Under the pieces are notes generated by a model. It was not told the DNA's origin, made no database searches, and worked only from the letters and a program-made list of their open reading frames with translations. Shown here one piece after another: positions 21,401-29,756 of a DNA stretch of 64,000 nt. Made by a program: the position numbers and the translations under genes. The stretch lies in IMG/VR virus record IMGVR_UViG_3300025012_000053, positions 1 through 64,000 of that record; one strand, written 5' to 3'. This DNA comes from a virus. The stretch's first letter is position 1. Each line of letters starts with the position of its first letter.

Positions 21401-22284
21401 ACTATATAAACCTTTGGTACCTCATTAAGAGCTGAGTAATGAACTGCTATAACCTCTATCCTGTCATAATCAGTATCTATATTTTCTATCTTTATTACTA
21501 TTCCTTTGCCTGAAGATTGATTAGCTCCTGAAGCATTAAGACGATCTGCACCTTTAAATGAAATAGTATTCTGCAGGGACATAGAACTTGTTGTCAGCGG
21601 TATCATCCTACATAATGGAGAGAAGTTGCTGGCCGGACCATTAAGTTTATAAAGACGATATCCATATTGAACCATACCAACAGGGATACTTCCACTTACC
21701 ATTTGCATGAATTCCGGGGTAGAAAGATCCATCTTCTGTACTATATTGAACTCATCAGGATCAAGATATGAGTTGCTTCCTGATTTTATCAATCCGTCAT
21801 CTGTAAGATAAGTTGCTACATTGGCATAACGAAGATCATTGTAATTATCACTCCAGTAGATCTTGACTATATCCTCATTCTCATAAAATGAAAGAGCATC
21901 TTCAATAGGATTCTGCATTGAGAAGTTAAGGATCCCGGAATAAAGAAGCCTGATATCAGCCATCACTATCTGATCATCCGCAAAATCAGTTTCCCATATC
22001 TTTCCATTAGAAGCAGTAGGAGAAGGAGTATCATCATCAGTAGTAAAGAGTATCATCTTGTCTCTTACTCTAACACTACCTATTATCCTGTGATTTGTAG
22101 CTCCTATTGAATCAAAGTCCCCATCTAACGGATAATTACCCTTTATGATTGTAAGTCCTCCATTACGAGCAGGATCATTGCCAGTGATACGAAAGTTACG
22201 ACAGTCATACATGCTTTCATTATCAACCTTGTTAAAAGCTGTATCCCTGTCAAGCTTCTTATATGTATTCTTAAATACAGGCAT
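15409..22284 (-). CDS. Muzzle/tail stabilization protein (N-terminal ~1180 aa) fused to nine FN3-like repeats and a C-terminal FISUMP (Fib_succ_major) domain
   Basis: N-part: YENEDIVKIYWSDNYN, GMVQYGYRLY, RGEIYRVG, GDTYI, QRYDYIST. Nine ~97-aa repeats ending in Y(Y/H)VRAYAxNxxGxxYG-like motifs (about 16040-18720). C-terminal WIIQNF...YGRYYN...GWRVPT...GATNSSGYTALPGG...YWCS...IRLCK. Confidence 0.8.
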   Translation of the reverse strand: MPVFKNTYKKLDRDTAFNKVDNESMYDCRNFRITGNDPARNGGLTIIKGNYPLDGDFDSIGATNHRIIGSVRVRDKMILFTTDDDTPSPTASNGKIWETDFADDQIVMADIRLLYSGILNFSMQNPIEDALSFYENEDIVKIYWSDNYNDLRYANVATYLTDDGLIKSGSNSYLDPDEFNIVQKMDLSTPEFMQMVSGSIPVGMVQYGYRLYKLNGPASNFSPLCRMIPLTTSSMSLQNTISFKGADRLNASGANQSSGKGIVIKIENIDTDYDRIEVIAVHYSALNEVPKVYIVEVKPVDSTVYITDDGLYNSGEYLYSEFVMINNPFRCKSIAAKFNILFATGIKQNEFDFDYDARAYRYASTRSCYLYETDGGYWMNSLTYGNTWLKYNSSGVNIDSVDSIDDLPFDIDAICKSNDITFDSQGTNFAFHQDGTTRGGEGPNVSYIFQSVNEKPIDNLGNNKTFGVVPVAVPNYYNGPESPVFNQSIRTLTRGEIYRVGCVGFDDKGRPSPVKWIGDIRTPEHGTDVSGKTGSSYTSLGATNSWPIEIVFTLTNLPTEVKYVQIVYVKRTDDNKTVKLQGNLSWIYPYNGSEWIVGKPSYSSTSAYSGLAAIPKKHLVMFSPEISFYKNFTQSSNDFLQLIGTCTGVNNAYGTQHEALKYHTPVSLALGKWYAVQESRMQNAAVTPDVEAISTSFGDIPNFIPISGWTAPSGVRKLGNLGTSLLIKLGTALDVSGIIAADKYMIANYRTNLYGSQYGGHSYEDRTKNEYIAAGDIVAVSTGNATAYFNQGDTYIAYTDHLTSYYNEWYQKASGIASVDTFASVVMFPCETSVNLAYRLDDCWHRIFDNVPTAYWIREKGNAEFTETISNADGITYLNNWTDLYLENTVYKRTADAKKFLPAPFDYNPEYYNDCLVMASNMKEGRETIDPWTQWLSNESIIVNKTFGPVNKLAAWKNYLLFFQDNAVGSLSVMDRSVISDTEGKSTTLGQGEILQRYDYISTKIGLSTKFSIAESINGIYWYDHKRRTINRFLNNLENISTIRGINSYLNGISDVYSNSDNIMSLNLNNTGFFMVFNPMYNEIWFIIKNHADAGIALIFNEVIDAFTGFADTLAYFYMIYDNKLFSAYSKHLYKEDYGYPGQYFGKYFDSFVEVIVNPMPNIVATFTNFEISSEVYLADLPELVSNINAPSLETEDITTPTSTGCVSGGDIISNGGIPIIAKGVCYGPTADPTIDVNSHTSDGTGSADYASTVTGLLPANTYYVRAYATNSVGTGYGSNKIHKTTIPPVILLTAISNIGEEEATTGWTLVEDGGDSPLTCGLCWSTSPNPTILDDNYTILTGVEGVVEYTITGLTDTTQYYVRAFAINSLSATPVYSDEKSFNTTNLFVPTLTTNAVDQIGISSARSGGVITNDGGAEITEKGLCYSLVDPPTTADDIVTAGTGSDSFSADMEGLTDNTQYYVRAYAINKKGTGYSATSRGFSTLDLDYATVLTTEPTVLSHVSIRAGGNVTHDGNALGGVTQRGIAYGTSTNPTIAGDHIDSGTGEGTFSVDITGLSQGTTYYMRAYAVNSEGVSYGTNWARTTTVYTTASVETNEITVFGSSTATAGGNVLSGNGSTVYERGIYYCIDDYSDPVADGVKVADTGTGLGSFDIALTGLLSGRGYHVMAYAMNSVGTAYGVRKSFTTINVSPPNVSTADVTSIDYTTATCGGTITSDGGDPVTARGVCWKTSSGPTTSDSKTIDGSGIGTFVSSITSLSPGTLYYVRAYATNGAGTSYGDEKIFSSKTQTAPVLSQYNATSITAIGATLSAILLSTGGAAITRFGFCWNTSGSPTVADSYNDCITEFSHIMNSGSDGITYYVRAYAQNSVDITYSNEISFTTIAYYVPTVVTNAYSGLTTVSVVLNGNATSDGGVAITEKGFFFGTDPVAYNNPKYDDGDSGTGSYSVTRSSLTPGETYYAAAYATNSKGDGYGAPITIVMNENVAPTVTTDSITGIGYTEAGANGNVIYAGGSGLTITGRGFCVGTSPDPTVQNYSSGSGIGSFYKLIDNLPNGTTHYIRAYAVNSVALVGYGENLTFTTATPPITGPLTDNAGYEYDTIDVAGRRWIIQNFKGTKFVNGGSIIASALSYNTLQNAIIPYIADFTPITDQLSTYGRYYNGYAAQSANNIAYLTRSGALETGWRVPTIADWMALVAALGGSSLAGGAMKEVGTAHWTSPNTGATNSSGYTALPGGSVFVGYNTFSELGLKGSYWCSDSDMTITFYHSYAAITYEARDIVDCFNIRLCKTL

Positions 22285-22286
22285 CG

Positions 22287-23021
22287 TTATGGAGTACTTG
22301 GCAGATCATGATAAGTAACATTAGGTTTTGTATACCCAGAATAATCTTCTGTTATTTCATCAATATTCTCGGGATCGCTTGTCATTATTGTAGGGAGTAC
22401 CTGGGTAAAGTATTTTGTCCACATACGTCTTCTTTCCGGACCTATTATTCTTAAAGAATTCTGTGCACTGCCTACATACCATAACCATTCCTTTTCGCTA
22501 TGAGAGTATACCTTATCACTTATCTTATCTTTTCTCCAGAGTTTATGATCGATACGATAAGTAACGAATGCCCTTACTGCTTCGATGACTCTTTCGTTAT
22601 CCGGGACCATAGGAAAACCATGATCATCAATCATGAATGCCTTATATGCAAGTTCAAGAGTAGCTGTCTCTTCGCTGATATCAATATACTGATCCTTTAC
22701 TACATAAGTAGGGGATCCGTAATCCTTATTTACATTGCCACTATACGTGTATATCTGTTTTGAGGTTGAGTCTCTGACACCATTCACAAGTATTTCTACA
22801 AAGTCAATAGGAAGATTGCCTCTATAATCAACACATTCTACATGAGGAGTAAGGATGTCAAGACCGGTTATCTTTGACTGATATATGGCAGGAGCTGCAA
22901 TAAGTCCAAGAGCTTTGCCTATCCAGGAGATAGCATCTGACCAGTCAAGTTCATGAGCATAACCCTCATTCTGGTAGACCTCTTCTATTACTCTGTAAAC
23001 GGAAACAAATTTATCAGCCAT
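22287..23021 (-). CDS. Tail ring / tubular protein
   Basis: Immediately upstream of the muzzle gene, as in crAss-like phages; motifs WIGKAL, YRGNLPIDF, DDHGFPMVPD, EWLWYVGSA. Confidence 0.7.
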   Translation of the reverse strand: MADKFVSVYRVIEEVYQNEGYAHELDWSDAISWIGKALGLIAAPAIYQSKITGLDILTPHVECVDYRGNLPIDFVEILVNGVRDSTSKQIYTYSGNVNKDYGSPTYVVKDQYIDISEETATLELAYKAFMIDDHGFPMVPDNERVIEAVRAFVTYRIDHKLWRKDKISDKVYSHSEKEWLWYVGSAQNSLRIIGPERRRMWTKYFTQVLPTIMTSDPENIDEITEDYSGYTKPNVTYHDLPSTP

Positions 23022-23032
23022 GATATTATAAT

Positions 23033-23344
23033 TTAGTCAACAGACAATAACCCGGAAATATTAGACAGGCTGTTGATCATGTCTGATACTTCCTCTTTAT
23101 CTTTCTTATCTTTATTCTTAAGATTTTCCATAGGATTATCTTTTGAAATGTATTTTTTGCATTCATTTTTCCACTTACGGTTATCTCCTTCTCCTTCATA
23201 CCATTCTTTTGATATTGTAATTACCCATCCGTTTTCTACTTCTTCTCCACTTACATTTTTGGTTACACCGTCAACTTCCTTGGAGAACCTGAAAGACTGT
23301 TTTACATTTTCCATAATTGGCGATATTGATTTTGCATCATTCAT
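23033..23344 (-). CDS. Hypothetical protein, 103 aa
   Basis: Co-oriented, overlaps the upstream stop; charged protein, no recognisable family. Confidence 0.55.
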   Translation of the reverse strand: MNDAKSISPIMENVKQSFRFSKEVDGVTKNVSGEEVENGWVITISKEWYEGEGDNRKWKNECKKYISKDNPMENLKNKDKKDKEEVSDMINSLSNISGLLSVD

Positions 23345-23867
23345 AATAATCTATTTTTCTTTCTCCCTGCAGTACTTTTGCAAGATGACGGTTATTTGAA
23401 AACGTGAACACTAATGAATACAGACTCCTATTTACGGCATTACTTCCCTTTTTACTCCAGTATAACATGAATCCATATCCATCTGTATGTTCATTAAGAA
23501 AATAAACCAGTGGTTTCTTCCTTATCTCCTTCAACTCTTCTTTTGTCTTCCCGGGATATTCTCTGTTCCATAAACTTTTTGATGATGGCCAATCGATACT
23601 TAATCCCTTTTTATCAACAGTACCATCATCATTAATATGAGGAGATTTCTTATATTTTTTTATCCTTACAAATCCAAGACGAAGAGGCATCTTAAACTCA
23701 ATTGCTTCATCAATGATCAGCGAAGATAGTTTTTTATTAGAGTCTTTAAGAATTGCACTGAACTTCTTATAGTCAAGGAATGCAGAACTATTCCTTTCGT
23801 CCCTTGTGAATTTCTTCTTAAAGAACTTATATATCTCAGGCAGACCATATCTTTCTTTATTCTTCAT
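23337..23867 (-). CDS. IHF/HU-related basic protein of the crAss tail module
   Basis: FKMPLRLGFVRIKK, SIDWPSS, YFLNEHTDGY; conserved position before the ring/muzzle genes. Confidence 0.65.
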   Translation of the reverse strand: MKNKERYGLPEIYKFFKKKFTRDERNSSAFLDYKKFSAILKDSNKKLSSLIIDEAIEFKMPLRLGFVRIKKYKKSPHINDDGTVDKKGLSIDWPSSKSLWNREYPGKTKEELKEIRKKPLVYFLNEHTDGYGFMLYWSKKGSNAVNRSLYSLVFTFSNNRHLAKVLQGERKIDYYE

Positions 23868-24570
23868 TAGAAGTAACTTTTAATGTCTCACTTGCATCAT
23901 TAACCTTATCTGTAGGCGCTCCTGTTACTAATGGAAAGTTATCCTTTGTTATCCTATCCCTGATATAGTTCCACATCCATTCATTCATAGGATAATCATC
24001 ATCATCGGAATAACAAGCCGTGCCATCTACATGCATAAAGTTTGCAAGTTGCTCGGGATCATAAAATATTCCGCGGTACTTAAGATATCTCATGTACTTA
24101 AGAAAACTTCCGCTCTCCATATCTTTCGCGATAAGGAGAAATCTTAATCCATGGCGGAATACAAATATCTGTCTTGAGTTCCATCTTCCATTTCCACCAA
24201 ATCTGGCCCTGGCAATATTAACATATGAAAAACGATGAGCTATCTCATCTACAGGACCTACTTCCAAAATACCATCTCCATTGTTAAGTTCTATAGTCTT
24301 AGGGATATCATTGACTGTTCTTAAAACACTATACCCGGTAAGATGTACCGGATGTAATGATCTGTCACATACTTCCAATGGATCAATGACCGTTTGTATT
24401 ATCTGTTCGTCGATATCATGATTTTTATTCATGTCATTACGAAGCCATAATGCTCTTTGATTATTGATCCAGAACTTTATAAGACGATCATCAAGCTTGT
24501 CGTCATCATAGAGATTAAGCTGACGGATCCTGAGTCTTACCTCATATATATAATGTGAAAAAGAACTCAT
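23857..24570 (-). CDS. Tail ring protein (start revised to MSSFSHY at 24570)
   Basis: DDRLIKFWINNQRALWL...GIFYDP...DDDYPM...PTDKVND pattern of crAss ring proteins; the track's longer start overlaps the spanin gene. Confidence 0.7.
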   Translation of the reverse strand: MSSFSHYIYEVRLRIRQLNLYDDDKLDDRLIKFWINNQRALWLRNDMNKNHDIDEQIIQTVIDPLEVCDRSLHPVHLTGYSVLRTVNDIPKTIELNNGDGILEVGPVDEIAHRFSYVNIARARFGGNGRWNSRQIFVFRHGLRFLLIAKDMESGSFLKYMRYLKYRGIFYDPEQLANFMHVDGTACYSDDDDYPMNEWMWNYIRDRITKDNFPLVTGAPTDKVNDASETLKVTSNEE

Positions 24571-24586
24571 GATATAGTTTATTAAG

Positions 24587-25105
24587 TTATTTTTTAAAAA
24601 CAAACAACCTGAGTACAACATAACCCAAACCTGCAACTATCACAAAAATCCACAACCAGAATGCAACTTTAAAAACCTTTGGAGTATACTTCTCTTTTAC
24701 AACAATGGTTTGCTTTTCATTCTTGTACTTGTATTCCCAGTGCTTTGATACCTTGTCTGCGCTATCAAGTTTAAAAGTTATTACCTGATCTTTCTGTTGC
24801 AGTTCCATCTTTAACCGGGAATTATCTATCCATGCCTTAGCAATTGCATAGGTATTTTCAAGGATTATCGGAGATATATTAATCTTTTCAGGTATTCCTG
24901 GAATCGGTTTATCTTTCCGTATAGTATCTCCTGGGATCTTATAAGGAACATCCCTGTCCCTGTAAATGATTGAATCTTTAACGACAATACTATCCTTAGT
25001 CTCTGTAACGGACTGAGGAGGAAATTTGCTGGCACATTTACGTTGTGTAACACAACTGCCTAAAAACAGGATTAAAATAGCTAATAAGAGTAGTTTTGTT
25101 TTCAT
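24587..25105 (-). CDS. Putative unimolecular spanin (lipoprotein signal + C-terminal TM helix)
   Basis: Lipobox-like LFLGSC after a hydrophobic signal; C-terminal VAFWLWIFVIVAGLGYVVLRLF; directly follows the endolysin. Confidence 0.65.
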   Translation of the reverse strand: MKTKLLLLAILILFLGSCVTQRKCASKFPPQSVTETKDSIVVKDSIIYRDRDVPYKIPGDTIRKDKPIPGIPEKINISPIILENTYAIAKAWIDNSRLKMELQQKDQVITFKLDSADKVSKHWEYKYKNEKQTIVVKEKYTPKVFKVAFWLWIFVIVAGLGYVVLRLFVFKK

Positions 25106-25545
25106 ATTTTATTAAGTGTATTCATTTGCAATTTTGTAAGTCCTGCACAATGCGGCTTATTTTTAGGATCAACATCCGAGTGCTGTTTGACTATTATCTC
25201 TCCAAATTGTTTCCTTAGTTTTCGTGTCTCAAAATCAAGCGCCCGGATCTGAGAATCTGAGAATGTACCGGATAACCCTATCAGGCAAAGTCCGACTGCC
25301 ATATTATAACCGAAAGCATGAGCCCCCTTTTCGTCAAGTTCAAAATCATTATCATCATCCAAAGGCCTTCCGGTTTCTATATGTCCGTCATATTCCATGT
25401 GCATCTTAAACGGAGACAACCTACCATTAAGGATGACATAGTGATAGGCAATAGTTTCAAAACCACGTTCTAAATGCCATTTTGTTATCGCTGCTGCATT
25501 ACCCCAGGAACTATCCGAGCAATGCACTATTACAAGAACTGCCAT
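25102..25545 (-). CDS. Endolysin, N-acetylmuramoyl-L-alanine amidase (T7 lysozyme-like)
   Basis: VIVHCS, WHLERGF..IAYHYVI, GAHAFGYN, QHSD...PHC: His/His/Cys zinc-ligand pattern. Confidence 0.88.
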   Translation of the reverse strand: MAVLVIVHCSDSSWGNAAAITKWHLERGFETIAYHYVILNGRLSPFKMHMEYDGHIETGRPLDDDNDFELDEKGAHAFGYNMAVGLCLIGLSGTFSDSQIRALDFETRKLRKQFGEIIVKQHSDVDPKNKPHCAGLTKLQMNTLNKI

Positions 25546-25817
25546 TATACCGTTTGTTTCTTCTCAGTTTCAGTTGTCGTTTTGGATGAGGTTGTTTTCA
25601 TCTGATTGAAAAATTCGGCCGTTACCGCACCTATACAAAACAGGATAACTCCGACTGTTGCATAAAGGATCTGAGGGTCAATACTTGCACCCCCGATATT
25701 AGCCTTTACCTCCATAAAGAAGATAAATACAAAGATGTACATTACAAGCCTTTTGCTACTTGCTGAGTCTCCCTGGTCCTGAAAAAACCCGGCAAACCAC
25801 GAAATAAACTTTTTCAT
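25545..25817 (-). CDS. Putative holin (2 TM)
   Basis: SSKRL followed by two hydrophobic segments and a charged tail; adjacent to the endolysin. Confidence 0.6.
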   Translation of the reverse strand: MKKFISWFAGFFQDQGDSASSKRLVMYIFVFIFFMEVKANIGGASIDPQILYATVGVILFCIGAVTAEFFNQMKTTSSKTTTETEKKQTV

Positions 25818-25818
25818 C

Positions 25819-26010
25819 TCAATTATATATTAGTTCAACCATATCATACATCGCTAAAAGATAAGCATCTGCACAGACTTTATTTTTCTCAGGGTCATCA
25901 GGGAAAAACCTGTCTGCCACCTGCTGAGCCTTAATACCCATTTCATAACGGACCTTATCAACACTCCTCAAAGGACTCCTGTTTTTAATATAGTTTTCAA
26001 ACTCTGTCAT
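25819..26010 (-). CDS. Hypothetical protein, 63 aa
   Basis: Fills the gap exactly, with overlapping start/stop. Confidence 0.5.
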   Translation of the reverse strand: MTEFENYIKNRSPLRSVDKVRYEMGIKAQQVADRFFPDDPEKNKVCADAYLLAMYDMVELIYN

Positions 26011-26513
26011 TTCAATATCGCTAAATCAAAAGTATCAGTGTAAGAAACAAACCTTTGCCTTACACCGGCAGAATCCCACGAAGCGACAACAAGGATATTC
26101 CGAGTGAACACGCTGTCAATCATTCCTACCATCCGATCAGCAGTGTCGTAAAGTAGCTGGCTCTTTTTAAGCAACTCATCAACTGAAGCGATAGGAACGG
26201 TTATCCGGGGTGTGATAGTATCCAGCAGAGTAACTCTGAATGTTTCTGATGTTGATTTGCCGTTCGTGCCGGTGGCTTTTAAAGTGACTGTAACGACCTT
26301 ATTAGTTGCTGATAGTATTGTTCCGGGTGCAGGAGTTTGAGTCAGAGAATAACCAAAACAACCCGCTGTTACTTTTGCCTGTAGTTTGTAATCCGGTAAC
26401 TGTGCTTTACAATACTGATCAACATAAACATATTGATCTGATATTTGCGCTATGGTACACACGGGACTGCACCCGCAAAGAATCACGACTAAAAAGAATA
26501 GTATTTTTTTCAT
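26007..26513 (-). CDS. Putative lipoprotein with an HYR/Ig-like domain
   Basis: MKKILFFLVVILCGC lipobox-like start; CKAQLPDY...TQTPAPGT...VTLKAT...FRVTLLDTITP resembles HYR-type repeats of Bacteroidota surface proteins. Confidence 0.55.
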   Translation of the reverse strand: MKKILFFLVVILCGCSPVCTIAQISDQYVYVDQYCKAQLPDYKLQAKVTAGCFGYSLTQTPAPGTILSATNKVVTVTLKATGTNGKSTSETFRVTLLDTITPRITVPIASVDELLKKSQLLYDTADRMVGMIDSVFTRNILVVASWDSAGVRQRFVSYTDTFDLAILK

Positions 26514-26797
26514 CTCTTATAAAGTAAAGTCAATATATACATTATAATTGGCTGTAAAAGTAACCATACTCCGAGTCCGATGTAAACCAACCGTGATAAA
26601 CTTTTGATCTCCCGTTCAACCAGCTTCATTTCATCTTTATTAACAAATGTCTCATTCTGCTTTACAAGTTGCAAATGTATGTTGTTCATTCCATTAAGTC
26701 TGGTATTCATTAGCTTCCGTGCAAGTTTCCGAGCCTTGCTCATGTCCTTGAACTTCTGCTCAAAGTATTTCTTTAAGGTTTTAATTGTCCAACTCAT
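26510..26797 (-). CDS. Membrane protein (coiled coil + C-terminal TM)
   Basis: Basic helical N-part followed by LVYIGLGVWLLLQPIIMYILTLLY. Confidence 0.55.
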   Translation of the reverse strand: MSWTIKTLKKYFEQKFKDMSKARKLARKLMNTRLNGMNNIHLQLVKQNETFVNKDEMKLVEREIKSLSRLVYIGLGVWLLLQPIIMYILTLLYKR

Positions 26798-27303
26798 TTC
26801 TTATTCTTCACTTTTGTAATTATGAACATATAAGCAGAATCAGTGGGCCAATAATAAATCTTAGTCGTATCATTGAACACCACCGGCTCACCCCTGTTGT
26901 TAGTGATAAATGGTGTACCAAGATTCTGAATTTCTTTTTTTGTTATCGCTACATCTGCTGGCACGGCCTTATTCCTGAGAATATTGAACACCCCTAATAT
27001 AATCGAAACAGCAATACCTATGATTACTACCCACCGTCCTGCACTTGCCCTGCGGTCTTCCTTGTCATCCTTTGCTCTTCTTTCCAGTGCTTTCTTGCCT
27101 GTCAGTTCATCCCTTAACTCCTCAATGGTAGCTTTTTGAACACAATGAACAACCGAGTGCGGAAGGTTCTCACTGATCTTTATCTCATGCCTCGTCACAG
27201 ATCCATTAAGCTGGTCTAAATGATCATTTATGGAAGTCAGTTTATCATTCAGAGCCTTAAACTCTGATTCAAGATAAAGGCGGTAGTCGGCGTTACCTGG
27301 CAT
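26794..27303 (-). CDS. Membrane protein (coiled coil + single TM), possibly lysis-associated
   Basis: HLDQLNGSVTRHE coiled coil; TM WVVIIGIAVSIILGVFNIL. Confidence 0.55.
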   Translation of the reverse strand: MPGNADYRLYLESEFKALNDKLTSINDHLDQLNGSVTRHEIKISENLPHSVVHCVQKATIEELRDELTGKKALERRAKDDKEDRRASAGRWVVIIGIAVSIILGVFNILRNKAVPADVAITKKEIQNLGTPFITNNRGEPVVFNDTTKIYYWPTDSAYMFIITKVKNKK

Positions 27304-27328
27304 ATCATTCGAGTTTCTTCTGAGTTAC

Positions 27329-27658
27329 TTATGGAGCCTGAATTTTCTTCTGCTTAGCCTTGAATAATTCATAAATGCCGGATGATAGAAATATACCAAT
27401 AAAAAAACATATTGCAAGGTCCCCGACAAAAGCAACTCCATCAGGCAATGCAGGAAGATATTTATTCAGGTCAATCGTAATACCTCCTGCCATTAATAGA
27501 ATCATTAATACAAGGTCAAACATTACTATAGCAAGCGACTCAGGCCAGTTATCTTTAATCCAGAATATTGGAGATAACTTAGTTGTCTGGTCCGTTCTGT
27601 TGATGTACTTTAATATAAAATAAAGTACAATTCCCAAAATGTTTAATAAGATTTTCAT
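27329..27658 (-). CDS. Membrane protein with 3 TM segments (holin-like)
   Basis: Three hydrophobic segments and a basic C-terminus, at the head of the lysis cluster. Confidence 0.55.
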   Translation of the reverse strand: MKILLNILGIVLYFILKYINRTDQTTKLSPIFWIKDNWPESLAIVMFDLVLMILLMAGGITIDLNKYLPALPDGVAFVGDLAICFFIGIFLSSGIYELFKAKQKKIQAP

Positions 27659-27659
27659 G

Positions 27660-29756
27660 TTAATATATTATTAATTTACCTTCCCAAATTAACTGACTCC
27701 CTCCGTTCTGTATCATTCCGAGTGCCGGAGTTGTAAAACTGACATTTGCACCGTATGAAGTGCCTGCTGAATTAGTCGAATAGGCCCTCACATGATACGT
27801 AGTACCTTTCTGCAAAGGACTGATCGAGTTGCTGAATGTCGTTTCTGTGCGTGTAGTATTCGGCACTATATTGCCATTGGCTAAAGTAGGACTTTCCGAT
27901 GTTGACCATACAAACCCCGAAGCGGTAATTGTCGTTGCTCCGTCTGAAACAATAGTCCCGACAAGTGTAGCTGAACCAGCATTATATGTAGTTACTGTTG
28001 ATGTTGATACAGTTGGTGCATCAGGATCAGCAATAGTAACGGTTACGTGCCATACCTGCGTAGAATCTGTACCTAAAGAAGTTACCGTATAATCAATGGG
28101 ATTAGTAAAGTTTCTTGCAGTTCCGCTTGTAGGATTTATTGTAGCACCGTAATCCATCGTTATCGTAGGCTCCAAAGCAGTAACATCAGTACCATTGACA
28201 ACAGTAATGGCTACCGTGTGCATTGAAGTACTTATCGTTGATTGGTTTTTCTGCGCTGAAAGCGTAAATGTAATTATGTTGGTTGCTGTTGAATCAGGAG
28301 CATCCACCCATTCATCATAGCCAACATCAGGGGAATCTCCTGTATATGTTAAGTTGGCTGCCGCAATGACATCAGTAGTTCCCTGATTTACAAGATCAGA
28401 CCCAGCCGTTAATCTTAAAAATGTAATATCGGGTAGTGATCCGTCTGCTTTTCTTCCTGCTGTAAGTTGATTATATCCAGCTGCGGAGTCTATTGTAAGA
28501 AAATCAGTATTAGTAACAGTAAAAGCATCTGTAGCCTCATAATTAGGCCACCCCTCAATTCTATCCCATGAATTATGACTTTCAGTATATATTTGATAAG
28601 CACTTGAAAAAGTTATTCCATCTTGATATGAAAGGTTATTTTTGTATTGTGCCAGGACAGTCGGCCTCAGTGCATTGATTGAAAAGTTATACCCATACGC
28701 ATTGTTGTAGGAAGTGTTGTTATAAATTCTTGCGTTCAACCTGTAATAGTAAGGATATTCAACGACAGCAATTCCAGTACCGTTGCACCACGCTATCAGA
28801 TTTCTTGTTATGATACGAACAACCTTTGTTATACTATCTGGAAATTGTGCCGCTGGCGTTGTTGTTGAATTAGTTCCCCCTGTTTTAAATCCACATCCAT
28901 CGCCTTCTAATTTGCCTAAATCAAATAGCCAGCAGTTTTTAACAACAATAAGCCCTATTCCTCCAATATCCAAAGCATCATCAGAACAATTCCATGCCCT
29001 GCACCCCTCAAAAGAAACATACCCATATTTATCAAGAGATGCACTTGAATTAACCTTCCATGCGTCTGCATAATTACCAGCATATCCTTCACCCATTGTG
29101 CTTGTGGTGTCAATACAATTATATGCATCACAATTTATAAACTTTGTTGTATCAAAAGCAATTCCCGAACCCCATGATCCATATCCCCCGCTTAGGTAAG
29201 CACTAAATGCTTCTCCAGATATATTATGTGCCGTACAATTCTCTAATGTAATATTACTTCCACCATAAATCCCAAACCCATAACACTCTACCTCCAATCC
29301 ACGCTGCCAAAAATTTCGAACAGTTAATCCTTTTATTTTCCAAAAATTAGTCCATTCCATTTCTATTGCAGTTGCGTAAGCCGTCCTTACAAAAAGAGAA
29401 CCATCCAAAATAGGTGTCTCTCCGGGGTAAGCCATAACGACAATTGGGTCTTCGGCAGTACCGTCATGACCGACATGGCTCGCATGAGGAAGATTATTAT
29501 AAGGATCAGTGCTCGTTCTGGCATTAATAAATACTACATTATTCCCATTAAGATAACCTGTTATTGGATACCAAACACCCCCCCTTAGATATAAGGTATC
29601 TCCTGCTTCTAATGTCTGAAACCCCTTCTGCCATGAATAAAATGGACTTGCAAGTGTTCCGGTATTATTATCACTTCCTGTTGTTGAGCAATAATAGGTA
29701 GTTGCATTAATCAGAAGCGAAAATAGCAATAGTGGTATTATAATTAATTTTTTCAT
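27660..29756 (-). CDS. Signal-peptide-bearing right-handed beta-helix protein (PL9 pectate-lyase-like / depolymerase) with C-terminal Ig/FN3-like domains
   Basis: MKKLIIIPLLLFSLLINA-TTYY..GSDNNTGT..SPF..AGDTLYLRGG; FINCDAYN..D; ADAW; GCRAWNCSDD; GDGCGFKTG; C-terminal TYHVRAYSTNSAGTSYG. Confidence 0.72.
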   Translation of the reverse strand: MKKLIIIPLLLFSLLINATTYYCSTTGSDNNTGTLASPFYSWQKGFQTLEAGDTLYLRGGVWYPITGYLNGNNVVFINARTSTDPYNNLPHASHVGHDGTAEDPIVVMAYPGETPILDGSLFVRTAYATAIEMEWTNFWKIKGLTVRNFWQRGLEVECYGFGIYGGSNITLENCTAHNISGEAFSAYLSGGYGSWGSGIAFDTTKFINCDAYNCIDTTSTMGEGYAGNYADAWKVNSSASLDKYGYVSFEGCRAWNCSDDALDIGGIGLIVVKNCWLFDLGKLEGDGCGFKTGGTNSTTTPAAQFPDSITKVVRIITRNLIAWCNGTGIAVVEYPYYYRLNARIYNNTSYNNAYGYNFSINALRPTVLAQYKNNLSYQDGITFSSAYQIYTESHNSWDRIEGWPNYEATDAFTVTNTDFLTIDSAAGYNQLTAGRKADGSLPDITFLRLTAGSDLVNQGTTDVIAAANLTYTGDSPDVGYDEWVDAPDSTATNIITFTLSAQKNQSTISTSMHTVAITVVNGTDVTALEPTITMDYGATINPTSGTARNFTNPIDYTVTSLGTDSTQVWHVTVTIADPDAPTVSTSTVTTYNAGSATLVGTIVSDGATTITASGFVWSTSESPTLANGNIVPNTTRTETTFSNSISPLQKGTTYHVRAYSTNSAGTSYGANVSFTTPALGMIQNGGSQLIWEGKLIIY

